Shown here: in pieces, positions 8,492 through 17,200 of the stretch
Layout: each line of letters starts with the position of its first letter
Position numbering within the stretch: position 1 is the stretch's first letter
Virus record (IMG/VR): IMGVR_UViG_3300033562_000144
Span: 1-31,370 of that record
Source of the DNA: a virus
Lineage: Duplodnaviria; Caudoviricetes
DNA length: 31,370 nt
Reading direction: 5' to 3' (one strand)
The notes under the pieces: model-generated
Seen by the model: only the letters and a program-made list of their open reading frames with translations
The model's database searches: none
Told to the model about the DNA's origin: nothing
Made by a program: the position numbers and the translations under genes

Positions 8492-8732
8492 TTTTCTCCT
8501 TTATTCTTCTATGATAATCCCAAAAGACTCCGCCAAAAAGCCTTACCCCAGCGTAATAGTGATTGCCGATATCCCGACCGGCTATTCGAGAGATTCACTC
8601 TCGCAACTTAATATCAGCATTTAGTCTAGTATTAAGTTGCGATTCGTAATCCTCATCGTGAATGGCTCATCAAGCAGCTATATCATAACCGAAGGGATGG
8701 TCCGGTGAAACCGAGCAGTAATCTATCCTCAT
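8445..8732 (-). CDS. Hidden PLA2-like small protein with three in-frame TGA codons at expected Cys positions (candidate selenoprotein)
   Basis: MRIDYCSVSPDHPFGYDIAA**AIHDEDYESQLNTRLNADIKLRE*ISRIAGRDIGNHYYAGVRLFGGVFWDYHRRIKEKNDSIKPYIIIGSDTA; TGA at 8672-8670, 8669-8667 and 8597-8595; TAG stop; spans the otherwise empty 8492-8736 gap. Confidence 0.8.
8565..8582 (-). promoter_or_regulatory. Candidate SECIS-like hairpin after the third UGA
   Basis: mRNA GCCGGU-CGGGAU-AUCGGC beginning 12 nt 3' of the UGA, G-rich loop. Confidence 0.45.
8601..8642. other. Perfect 13-bp inverted repeat inside the TGA-containing gene
   Basis: TCGCAACTTAATA-N16-TATTAAGTTGCGA. Confidence 0.85.
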
Positions 8733-8736
8733 AGAG

Positions 8737-10260
8737 TTACGGCGCTACGTAGCCAGCAATGTTCCAATCTATACGACCAGTAGCTATGGCGACAGGCGTA
8801 ACAACCTCTATCGCAAGACCTGTTCCACCATCAACGGGGGTATCGAACTGAATTTGAGTAGCTGGTAGGGCCGTAGTCTGCAACTGCTGTCTATACATAA
8901 TCTTTGCCAAGGTAGCGCTTACAGTCGTTCCAGAGATAGCAAGAGTTGAACCACCCCTAGTTGTGGCGAACGTAAGGTTAGCCCCCGACACTGTTAGTAT
9001 GTAGTAATAGTTAGCAGCGGTAAGCCCTGTAACAGTCGAGGCTGTTACATAAACCATATCCCCCACTTTCCAGTTATACGATCCAGCCATTACAAGGGTG
9101 TTACTTGCGATAGTGGCCGATGTACTGGCGATAGGCGTACTACGTACTTGAATCTCACCAGCAGCGCCAAGAGTCGCCGTGGATAAAGAGAGTCGAGTAA
9201 CGTAGTTCTTCAAGCCCGCAGTTGCCGCCTTTGCCTGTTGAGCTGTAGCAGAGTTCGTAATCTGATCTATAGCATGGAAGTCTGCTTCAGGGATCGAGTA
9301 AGGTTTAGCTATCTGAGCGCCAACAAGAGTAGAAATATTATCAGCTACATCACCAGAAGCGACAGCAGCATAGTTGGCTGTAACGGCCCTTGCGCCTACA
9401 CGAACAGGGTTTCCTGAAACGACTGCATCATGCGCGGCTTGACCGCCCACTGTCTGAGAACTCGACGCTGTTTGAGAAGTTACATTTACAGGGATTGACA
9501 TTCCAGCCCCGGTATCGCCAACATGGTTAGCGTCCATAACCATCTCTTGATACCCTTGAGCATGTGCGAAGTCAACTGTCAGAGTAAGGGCAGTAGAAGC
9601 GCCTGTATTCTTCGCTACAATCTGCAAGTAATACTGCTCTCTAACATCTGGTATCTTTGCATTGTGAACGAACATACCAACTTTCGTAGCTGTACTATCA
9701 GGCGTTACTTGAGCAAAACGAACATCATCAACTGACGCATAGATCTGATAGATCATTGCAGTCGTTGTTGCAGTAAGCGAAGACCTTGCCGTGGAAGTTC
9801 CAGCGTACCCGAAGTTCGCTGTTTGCGTATTTCCAACAGTAGCGGTAACACCGTTGAAGTCCCATTGCGCCATGTGACCAGAAGTCCCGCCAGAATCCAC
9901 GTAAGACTTTGACGCAAGCCTCAAGTACACGTTCTGGTTTGCACTTCGAGCAGAAGTTGTTATGCCGAACGAAGCCCTTGCCGGTAAAGTAATAGGGTCT
10001 TTACTTGTAAGAGTAAAGCTGTCCGTTGCTCCAGTAGTAAGTGTGACTACAAGGTTATTACCTGAAACGCTATACCCAGCCGCACCTGTCAATGTCGGAA
10101 GACTCCAGTAGTCAGTGCGTATAGCAGTGCCAGGGAAATCATCCCGAAAATACTTCGTCAAGTTGCTTGCTACTTCTGCATACACCTGTGTAGAAAACAG
10201 AAGAGCAGCGATGATTGTTAATACAAAATGTGAAACTTTTTCTCGAATAGACATTCTCAT
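8737..10260 (-). CDS. Thr/Ala/Ser-rich beta-type protein (tail/structural-like) with an apparent Sec-pathway signal peptide
   Basis: N-terminal basic-hydrophobic-VYA/E; AAHDA..SGNPV.VG and GD.VYV...GL....YY....G..L..ATTRGG segments typical of phage accessory structural proteins; AGGAG RBS. Confidence 0.7.
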   Translation of the reverse strand: MRMSIREKVSHFVLTIIAALLFSTQVYAEVASNLTKYFRDDFPGTAIRTDYWSLPTLTGAAGYSVSGNNLVVTLTTGATDSFTLTSKDPITLPARASFGITTSARSANQNVYLRLASKSYVDSGGTSGHMAQWDFNGVTATVGNTQTANFGYAGTSTARSSLTATTTAMIYQIYASVDDVRFAQVTPDSTATKVGMFVHNAKIPDVREQYYLQIVAKNTGASTALTLTVDFAHAQGYQEMVMDANHVGDTGAGMSIPVNVTSQTASSSQTVGGQAAHDAVVSGNPVRVGARAVTANYAAVASGDVADNISTLVGAQIAKPYSIPEADFHAIDQITNSATAQQAKAATAGLKNYVTRLSLSTATLGAAGEIQVRSTPIASTSATIASNTLVMAGSYNWKVGDMVYVTASTVTGLTAANYYYILTVSGANLTFATTRGGSTLAISGTTVSATLAKIMYRQQLQTTALPATQIQFDTPVDGGTGLAIEVVTPVAIATGRIDWNIAGYVAP

Positions 10261-10276
10261 TTTACTCTCCTGTTTT

Positions 10277-10293
10277 TGACTACCTTGTAGTTA
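10277..10293. repeat. Palindrome copy 7 (upstream of 507-aa gene)
   Basis: TGACTACCTTGTAGTTA. Confidence 0.9.
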
Positions 10294-10297
10294 GAAA

Positions 10298-10444
10298 TTA
10301 ACGTATTCCGATGTATTTTTCAATCTCGATAACCCGATCAGCCAGCGACGATACTGTTGACTTTTTAACATCATCGAGCTTCATGGCGTCTTTCACTTCA
10401 CGCTTATCTTTCAGTTTCTTCTTATCCAGTTTATGCTTTGCCAT
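10298..10444 (-). CDS. 48-aa basic protein (absent from the ORF track)
   Basis: MAKHKLDKKKLKDKREVKDAMKLDDVKKSTVSSLADRVIEIEKYIGIR; GGAGGTG RBS; fills the gap. Confidence 0.7.
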   Translation of the reverse strand: MAKHKLDKKKLKDKREVKDAMKLDDVKKSTVSSLADRVIEIEKYIGIR

Positions 10445-10446
10445 GA

Positions 10447-10887
10447 TTACACCTCCGGCCATACAGGTTTTCTAACTGCGTCGAGTTCTTCCATTGTCGT
10501 TGTCGCTTCAAGGAGGTCGAAGACGGTGTTCTCTTCCTCCAGATGATCGGCTATGTAGTCTTGTAAAGCCGTTGTTTCCGCCTCCGTGTAAAGCCCTAGT
10601 GCAGCAGACGATTGAATTTCAAGCGGATATTTTTTCAGGATATGAGCTTTACAATCCTCTTTGTTTACAAGCTGTCTAGCTGCTTTAGCCTTGACAAAAG
10701 CCTCGGCATCGAGAGTTGCTTTATCCACCTCAGAGAACACACCATCAACATACTGGTATCGTTCAGGCTCTGCATTAAACCAAGCACATTCAGAAGGATG
10801 ACGGTCAATGGCAAACTCACCGTCTTGTGGTTCTCTGTTACAGCCTGTTCCTCGTTTTGTTACGTTGTCGAATATTAATTTCCACAT
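10447..10887 (-). CDS. Tail fibre assembly/chaperone-like protein
   Basis: Downstream of the fibres; C-terminal ..ATTMEELDAV...WP pattern; AGGAG RBS. Confidence 0.65.
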   Translation of the reverse strand: MWKLIFDNVTKRGTGCNREPQDGEFAIDRHPSECAWFNAEPERYQYVDGVFSEVDKATLDAEAFVKAKAARQLVNKEDCKAHILKKYPLEIQSSAALGLYTEAETTALQDYIADHLEEENTVFDLLEATTTMEELDAVRKPVWPEV

Positions 10888-10893
10888 GATTTA

Positions 10894-12087
10894 TTATCTC
10901 CTTAAAGTTATTCTGCGAACTTTTTGATAAGTGCTTGCCCCACTCTTAATATAGATACCAGCCACTGAAAGAATTTCAACATAACCTGCCATCAATGCGT
11001 TATACACTGACAAGTCAACGGATGTTCCACCATATGAATAGTTAAGGGTAGTACTGATGGCAGGATCACAAACTATTACAAGTTTTTCTATTAGGCCAAC
11101 TGGTACAACAGTCGATATTGGGTATAGTACAAAGGAAGACGTAGTGGATGAAGTTATCACAGGCATATCTGTAGAAATGAACTCTACAGTATCACCAACC
11201 TGCCTATACGGCATCGTAACGCCAGAACCATTATTCTTGGCAAACGATAGGAACCGCCACTTGTCAATCTGAGCATCACTAGATGGCCCCGCATATGTCG
11301 AGTAAGCCCTAGCCTCATAGGTGACACCATCAAGCAACCTGACAGCAAACACGTAGAAATCCCCATTCACCGTAGCAGGAAGCACACGGGTCTTATCCGT
11401 GGTAAATGCCAGCGGTACTGTGAGGTCACTGGACATACACGAACCTTTGGTAATCGTCAGGGTATTTCCACTCACCGTGACATCAAAGCCCATGATGTTG
11501 CCCTCGGTGTTCATCCCGGCGATTGTCTGGAGTCCACTATTGATTGCCTTGGGGGCTATCTCTAGGGATCGGTCAAGCTGCCAGATTTTGAGGTCTGCAT
11601 AGATGGAAGAAAGACTTGTATCAACTATGGAACCTATGTTATTTGAATAACCAAGACCAGAAGTAGCAGTAGCTAATCCAGCCTGATACCTTAATTCAAT
11701 AATACCAGGAGAAGACAAAGTAACTACACCTGCCACTGCATGCTTACCTTGTGTGCCGTTACCGGCGAATGAGGTGCTCCCGGTTAGTGATCTTACTCCA
11801 TCTTTAAATATGCTTGCTATAAACGATGATGAACCGCCACCGTTATTAATATGTTCACCACTACCTTCCACATAATAAGTTCCAGCCGGTAAGCTCACTT
11901 GGTCGCTTGCCAAGGAAGCACCCTGAATGTCATTGGTGATAACAGTGTTCAGAGTCCTCTTGGTCCACGCATCGGCAATAGAGGTTCCACCGTCCACATT
12001 GTAAGCCTTCTGGTCTTGGACATGCAGGAATGGTTTATTGAGCACCGATTTTGGTGATGCTCCGAAATAATCTTGTGGTCTTGTCAT
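10894..12087 (-). CDS. Tail fibre / receptor-binding protein 2
   Basis: Paralogous to the C-terminal half of 12093-14225 (LPAGTYYVEG, GNIMGFDV, TITKGSC). Confidence 0.75.
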   Translation of the reverse strand: MTRPQDYFGASPKSVLNKPFLHVQDQKAYNVDGGTSIADAWTKRTLNTVITNDIQGASLASDQVSLPAGTYYVEGSGEHINNGGGSSSFIASIFKDGVRSLTGSTSFAGNGTQGKHAVAGVVTLSSPGIIELRYQAGLATATSGLGYSNNIGSIVDTSLSSIYADLKIWQLDRSLEIAPKAINSGLQTIAGMNTEGNIMGFDVTVSGNTLTITKGSCMSSDLTVPLAFTTDKTRVLPATVNGDFYVFAVRLLDGVTYEARAYSTYAGPSSDAQIDKWRFLSFAKNNGSGVTMPYRQVGDTVEFISTDMPVITSSTTSSFVLYPISTVVPVGLIEKLVIVCDPAISTTLNYSYGGTSVDLSVYNALMAGYVEILSVAGIYIKSGASTYQKVRRITLRR

Positions 12088-12092
12088 TTATG

Positions 12093-14225
12093 TTATCTCC
12101 TATATTTCACTTGATGGACAAGTAGATCGAGTGTTCCACTATCGGACTTAAATTGTCTTGAGGTATTAAATGGCTTCAAGCCTGAAAGTGAATTGCCCCA
12201 AGCGACTATACCCGTATCACCGGCCCCGGCGGAACTCGTACCTACATGAAACTCAGTGCTAGTTCCAGTAATTGACGCATATATAGCAGCAGCAGTTGCC
12301 GCATCAGCAGCACCATACTCTATAGCCTCAACCCTTCCAGGTGTAATCTGTGCAGTATGACTTACCGTTGCATAGGTTGTGGTAATGTTCGCAGAGATTA
12401 CACACTCTGAGGCTTTTCCTCTCAGCATTAGCCCATTAACCATCACACCTTCAACACAAGTCGTTCCGCCATTCGTAAGCCATTCACCTATCCACCTAAA
12501 GGCATCAATAGTTGCATCAGCCGCCATAGCCGCCTCGGAAGCATAAGCCTTTACGGTCATGGTCTGGTTCAACAATCGGACAACTGCAAGATGATAAATG
12601 GTGTTTGCTACGGCAGGTATTGCAACAGTCGTATCGGTGGTAAGGTAAAGGTCGATAACTCCAAGTCTGTCTTTGCAAGTACCCTTGGTAACTGTAAGTT
12701 GGTTTGCTCCAGTCTTGGAGATATCGAAGCCCAGCATGTTCCCGGTATAATCAAGACCTGCAACCATCTGGAGTCTTGCATCAGTGGTTATCAACCGTGG
12801 AGCATAGTTGCCACCGATTTTGGTTATGACGAGTTCAGAATAAACCTCTGTACCTTGAGATACAGGAAGCCCTAAACCATTGGTTCTTATGGCACTCAGA
12901 TAGTGGTACAGTTTTATCGTAGTCTGTGCTGTTAATGTAATCTTTCCTTTGATTGAGTTATTAATTACATATCCTGTTTGAGAACCTCCTCCCCTGAGTA
13001 ATATTGCTCCTGCACTGTCTTTGATATATAAACGAGATAAATCTGTTGTGGTCAGATATCCAGTCATGGCATAACCGTCTATCTGATACTCACCGGCTGG
13101 TAATATTATACCTCCTGAACCGTCAAGGGATGCTCCAGAAATATCACTCTGAATAATATTGGAAATATTTCTAAGATTATCACCGACTATGTTAGTTCCT
13201 GCACCAGTTCCTTGAGGTTTCTGTTCCTGAACGTACATAACCGCATACGGCATATACTCAAACTGAGAGTTATTCGGTTCAAGCTCAGTAATGACCCACC
13301 CATCGGTTGCACCAGAATAAACCAGTGTTACCCTTTGGTTCTTCACATCGAGCACCATATCAGCGGTCTGAACAACACCGTGAAGTGTAAGACCAGTCAT
13401 TGCGATGGTACAGTTATTGATTGCGAAAGTTCCCTTTAGATCGCCTACCGCAATCGTGTCGCCTGTACCTGGAGCCGAATGGATCGTACCCGTTACAGAA
13501 GCGCTTGACGTATCGACCAAATGGCCTTCACCTGGAGATGTTGTGTAGTTTGCTGTCTTAATGCTCCAAGACAGACCGCCCCCAGCTCCAAGCTCGTAAC
13601 CATCAAGAGTAGGATTGACAACAACAGCTTGACCTTTTCTCCCTGTAGAAGGATCTGGAATGTTTACGCCGCCTATGTCTGCTATGTCTATGGCTATGCG
13701 CCATTTTCCATCCGCAAGATCTGTAACAAACACTCCAGAAGTGTGCGAGCTTACAGCTACGTACCAGTTCCCATTAGGCGCTCGTACAAGATCCCGCACT
13801 AAGTAAGACTCTGCTGTAGCCCAATCCCCACGCCAGTTAGAAGTAGCGCTACCAGAATCGACAACCTCTGAAACTTGTTGAACCATCATAACAAGACGAT
13901 CCAACGAAGTCTCAAGCTTGTCGAGTTTCAAGTACCCTTCAGCAGACCACTCCTCCGGCTGGGTAAGAGGAACGGATCTTCTTATGTCGAGGAACCCTGT
14001 AGTAGCTAAAGGGGCTGTGGTGTCTATATGCCCTCCCTCATTAGGAAGAACATTTTTAACTACGCTGTAGTCAATAAGTCTCTCAAGCAAAGTAACAGCG
14101 CCGTTCACATCAACGTAGGATACAGACAAGTCCGAGTCCTCATATACGAGAAAATCGAAGTCGTATCGTCCTGGTCCGGTGTAAGCAAGTACAGCTACTG
14201 GTTTTGTATTTTCAACAGTCATCAT
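12093..14225 (-). CDS. Tail fibre protein 1 with podoviral N-terminal attachment domain
   Basis: G...YDFDF.V....DL.V...DYSV...GG....IRR.VP.TQ...LE.SLDRL.MMVQQ (T7 gp17-N-like), WRGDW..A..Y.V.D.V module. Confidence 0.85.
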   Translation of the reverse strand: MMTVENTKPVAVLAYTGPGRYDFDFLVYEDSDLSVSYVDVNGAVTLLERLIDYSVVKNVLPNEGGHIDTTAPLATTGFLDIRRSVPLTQPEEWSAEGYLKLDKLETSLDRLVMMVQQVSEVVDSGSATSNWRGDWATAESYLVRDLVRAPNGNWYVAVSSHTSGVFVTDLADGKWRIAIDIADIGGVNIPDPSTGRKGQAVVVNPTLDGYELGAGGGLSWSIKTANYTTSPGEGHLVDTSSASVTGTIHSAPGTGDTIAVGDLKGTFAINNCTIAMTGLTLHGVVQTADMVLDVKNQRVTLVYSGATDGWVITELEPNNSQFEYMPYAVMYVQEQKPQGTGAGTNIVGDNLRNISNIIQSDISGASLDGSGGIILPAGEYQIDGYAMTGYLTTTDLSRLYIKDSAGAILLRGGGSQTGYVINNSIKGKITLTAQTTIKLYHYLSAIRTNGLGLPVSQGTEVYSELVITKIGGNYAPRLITTDARLQMVAGLDYTGNMLGFDISKTGANQLTVTKGTCKDRLGVIDLYLTTDTTVAIPAVANTIYHLAVVRLLNQTMTVKAYASEAAMAADATIDAFRWIGEWLTNGGTTCVEGVMVNGLMLRGKASECVISANITTTYATVSHTAQITPGRVEAIEYGAADAATAAAIYASITGTSTEFHVGTSSAGAGDTGIVAWGNSLSGLKPFNTSRQFKSDSGTLDLLVHQVKYRR
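14057..14073. repeat. Palindrome copy 8 (inside tail fibre 1)
   Basis: TAACTACGCTGTAGTCA. Confidence 0.9.
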
Positions 14226-14230
14226 CTACC

Positions 14231-17200
14231 TCATTGAATGGTGTTTTGCTGGGCTTGCAACTCGCGCTCCATACGTACCGTTCTAAGCTTCTCATTAAGT
14301 TCAGGGTCATTCTGGATCATAAAGGCTTTTACTCCTTCTCGCCTTTGCTGTATAGCAAACTCAACACGAGCCTTTATGGTCTTATCCTTAAACTCTCCAG
14401 GCTTCAAGTTAGCAATGGCTGGATGCTCAAGAATATCATTTATATGCTCTTTCAAAGGCGGCATATAAGACCCAGTAGCTTCATCTGTGAAACCTCTTCC
14501 AACAAGGATACCGAAGTCCGACATTCTTTTTGTATCAAGTTTCAACTCGATCTTGTCTACAATAAATTTGTTCGGAATACGTGGAACGCTCACGTTAGTT
14601 CTTATCATTTCATTTGCTATCTTACTATATTTTACAGTCTTTGTCAAGAAAGGATTTACCATTGCCAGCGGAGTACCTCTAGGAGCGTACTGCGGTTCAC
14701 CGAAAGCATCTGGCCTTATAGGGAGTTCTTTCGACAATCCCCAGCAGCGCTTTTTAAGCTTCTCCGTCCACTCTTCAGCCATACGAAAAGTATTATCGAA
14801 CTCAGTCTTATTCGTTTGAGCCATGATATTTGGAGCAAGCATATTGGCTGCCATTTCCTGTAACTGCTTTGCAACTGGATCTGCATCGCCGTTTAGAACC
14901 CCTCTTAAAATGTTATGAAGATCGCCAACAAAGTCGAAGTAAGGAGCGCTCTTTATCGTCTTTGTGAAAGCGCCAACAGTTGTAGCAAGAGCATCACCAA
15001 GTATTTCGTCAGCTTCTTTATCGTCCCAATTTGTGCCCTCTACATACCCTCTATATGTAGATTGGAATATGTCTTTATAGTTTACCATCATGCCCATTAT
15101 ACTACGAAGAGGTTCTATGCCCTCATACGACAAAGACGTAACAGTGCCGTCATCCTTGTTTCTAAACACAAAAGAATAAGGGGGAGTTTGGGCTGCTTTC
15201 AACCTTCCCGCTTCAGTAGTCGTGTCGATATCCCCAGTGACAGTAATATCATCGGGCATGAAAGCGAGTATAGAGGCCGGTACTAAAGTACCAACAGCTA
15301 TATTGGCCCTAGCAACGTCCCCTTTAGCGGTAGCTTTCAAAAAGTCTCCTGACATTATATCATTGAATACGTTTCCAAACACCGAGTTTTTTACCCCATA
15401 CTTTATGATATTAGTTGGAGTTCTGAAAAACGGTGTAAGAAGATTAAGCCCAGGAAGTCTGAAAACAGCCTCGAACTTCCGTCCTGTTTCCCCAAGCGAG
15501 TTTGTGAACGTATTAAGCTCAGCAAGATCTATCGCTTTCTGCTTGATAAATTCATCCGGGTTATTAGAGAACATACGAAAAATAGCTTTCTGGTCATCAG
15601 CGTTTTGACCAAGATGAAAAGCCCTCTTCGCTGCTTCCTGATTAACACCCATCCTGTAGTTAATAAGCTTGAATGCCTTATCCTCTTTGAGAAGCGCCTC
15701 ACCGGGAAGACGTATCCCATTTCCTACAAAGTCTATGAACCTTGCAAGCTTTCCATCGCCAACGTCTATACCATTCGATATGAAGTTAGCGGAACTAATC
15801 TTGGGCTTTATACGCTGTTGGGCTATTTCGTGCATCTTCATAAGCTCTTCAGGATACTGGACTTGAGTCTTCGTTGCTCTTCCAGTGGCTAAACGAAAAG
15901 CATCAGATATGCCGCCCATCATCCCAGCCATCATAGCTTGAGACTGCTTCATATCGCTTTCATATTTCATTTTTGCTACATCATCCCCCATTACGAAACC
16001 ACGAGCACCAGCAGAAAGCCCCTCAAGAAAAACTTTCGTTGGTGAAAGAAGAGTTGTAGCAGAGTTCGTTACCATGTTCTTCGCGTGTGTAAGCGCACCA
16101 GACAAATAGGCGTTTACGAAAACCTCATAGAATACATCGTAAGTAAACTTTCCAGCGTCTATGAGCCTCTGGCTAGTAGTACGCATCACACCGCCGAGCA
16201 TCTTCTGAAGCTGAACGTCATCGAGCCTATCATCAGAAGCAAGCTCTTTGAGCACACGAGTAAAGTTTGAATCCTTAAATTCAGGACTTGTAAGCATCTC
16301 GTCTACCTGCTTATACATACCCCGTATAGTTCCAGCATCGCGTTTAAGAACATTAAGCTGTCTACCAAACGCCGTAGAAACGCCAGCTACCTTTTGATGC
16401 ACCATATAGTTAGCGACAAATGCTTCATGCGCGGCTGCTTTTGCCATAGGATCGCCAGTGTCGTTTGCTATCTTAGCCAGCTTTTTGAACCTGTTCCCGG
16501 TAGTTATTAAAGTTCCACGAATAGCCATAGCCTCAACGTCATTAAACCGTTCAGCATTTTGTCCTATGATATCCCTCAAAAGAACACGCTGAGCGCCATT
16601 CTCAAGATACTTAGCATCGTGAGGACTTCCAGAAGCTCGCGCTATCGCAGGACCATACGCTTCATTAACAGCAGCTATAAGAGCGTCAACGTCCCTTGTC
16701 TGACTAAACTTGTTGAGATTTATGCTCCCGGCCATTTTTGGCAAACCATTCTCTGTAAACTCCCCAGGCGCTCTTTTCTCAACAGAAGTTATAGGACTGC
16801 CAAGCGTTACGTCCTTATAGTATTTTCCGGCCTTATCTCTGCTAAACAATTCAACAGGAGATAGACTCTTAACAGGAGTACGAGACAAAAGGATTTCATC
16901 AACCTGAACCCGTTTTCCTGTAGCTGCATCCGTAGCCATTAACCGAGCTATGCCTTTCTCTTCATCTACGAAAACACGCTTCTCCGCATCGGCAAGCCCT
17001 TTCCATTTCTCAAGCTTAGCAACCTCTTGAGGATACGCAAAAAACGTATCGGTAGATTTTGCTCGGAGTTCTGCAACTGGTGTAACGGTATTACCAGAAG
17101 CGTCTTTTACTGTTCCACGACCGTCAAAATAATACTCGCTTCCATGAGAAGTCTGGAAAGTAATCGTAGTGTCCTTAGTTGCGTGAGCCTTCTTAGCGAT

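Noticed and set aside
8445-8732. Ordinary pseudogene explanation for the TGA-containing ORF
   Set aside because: Disfavoured but not excluded: no frameshift or TAA/TAG, HD/AD/GVR.FG motifs intact, and all three stops fall on expected Cys positions
10894-14225. Diversity-generating retroelement as in BPP-1
   Set aside because: No reverse transcriptase and no near-identical TR/VR pair seen in the window; the fibre similarity is old protein-level paralogy
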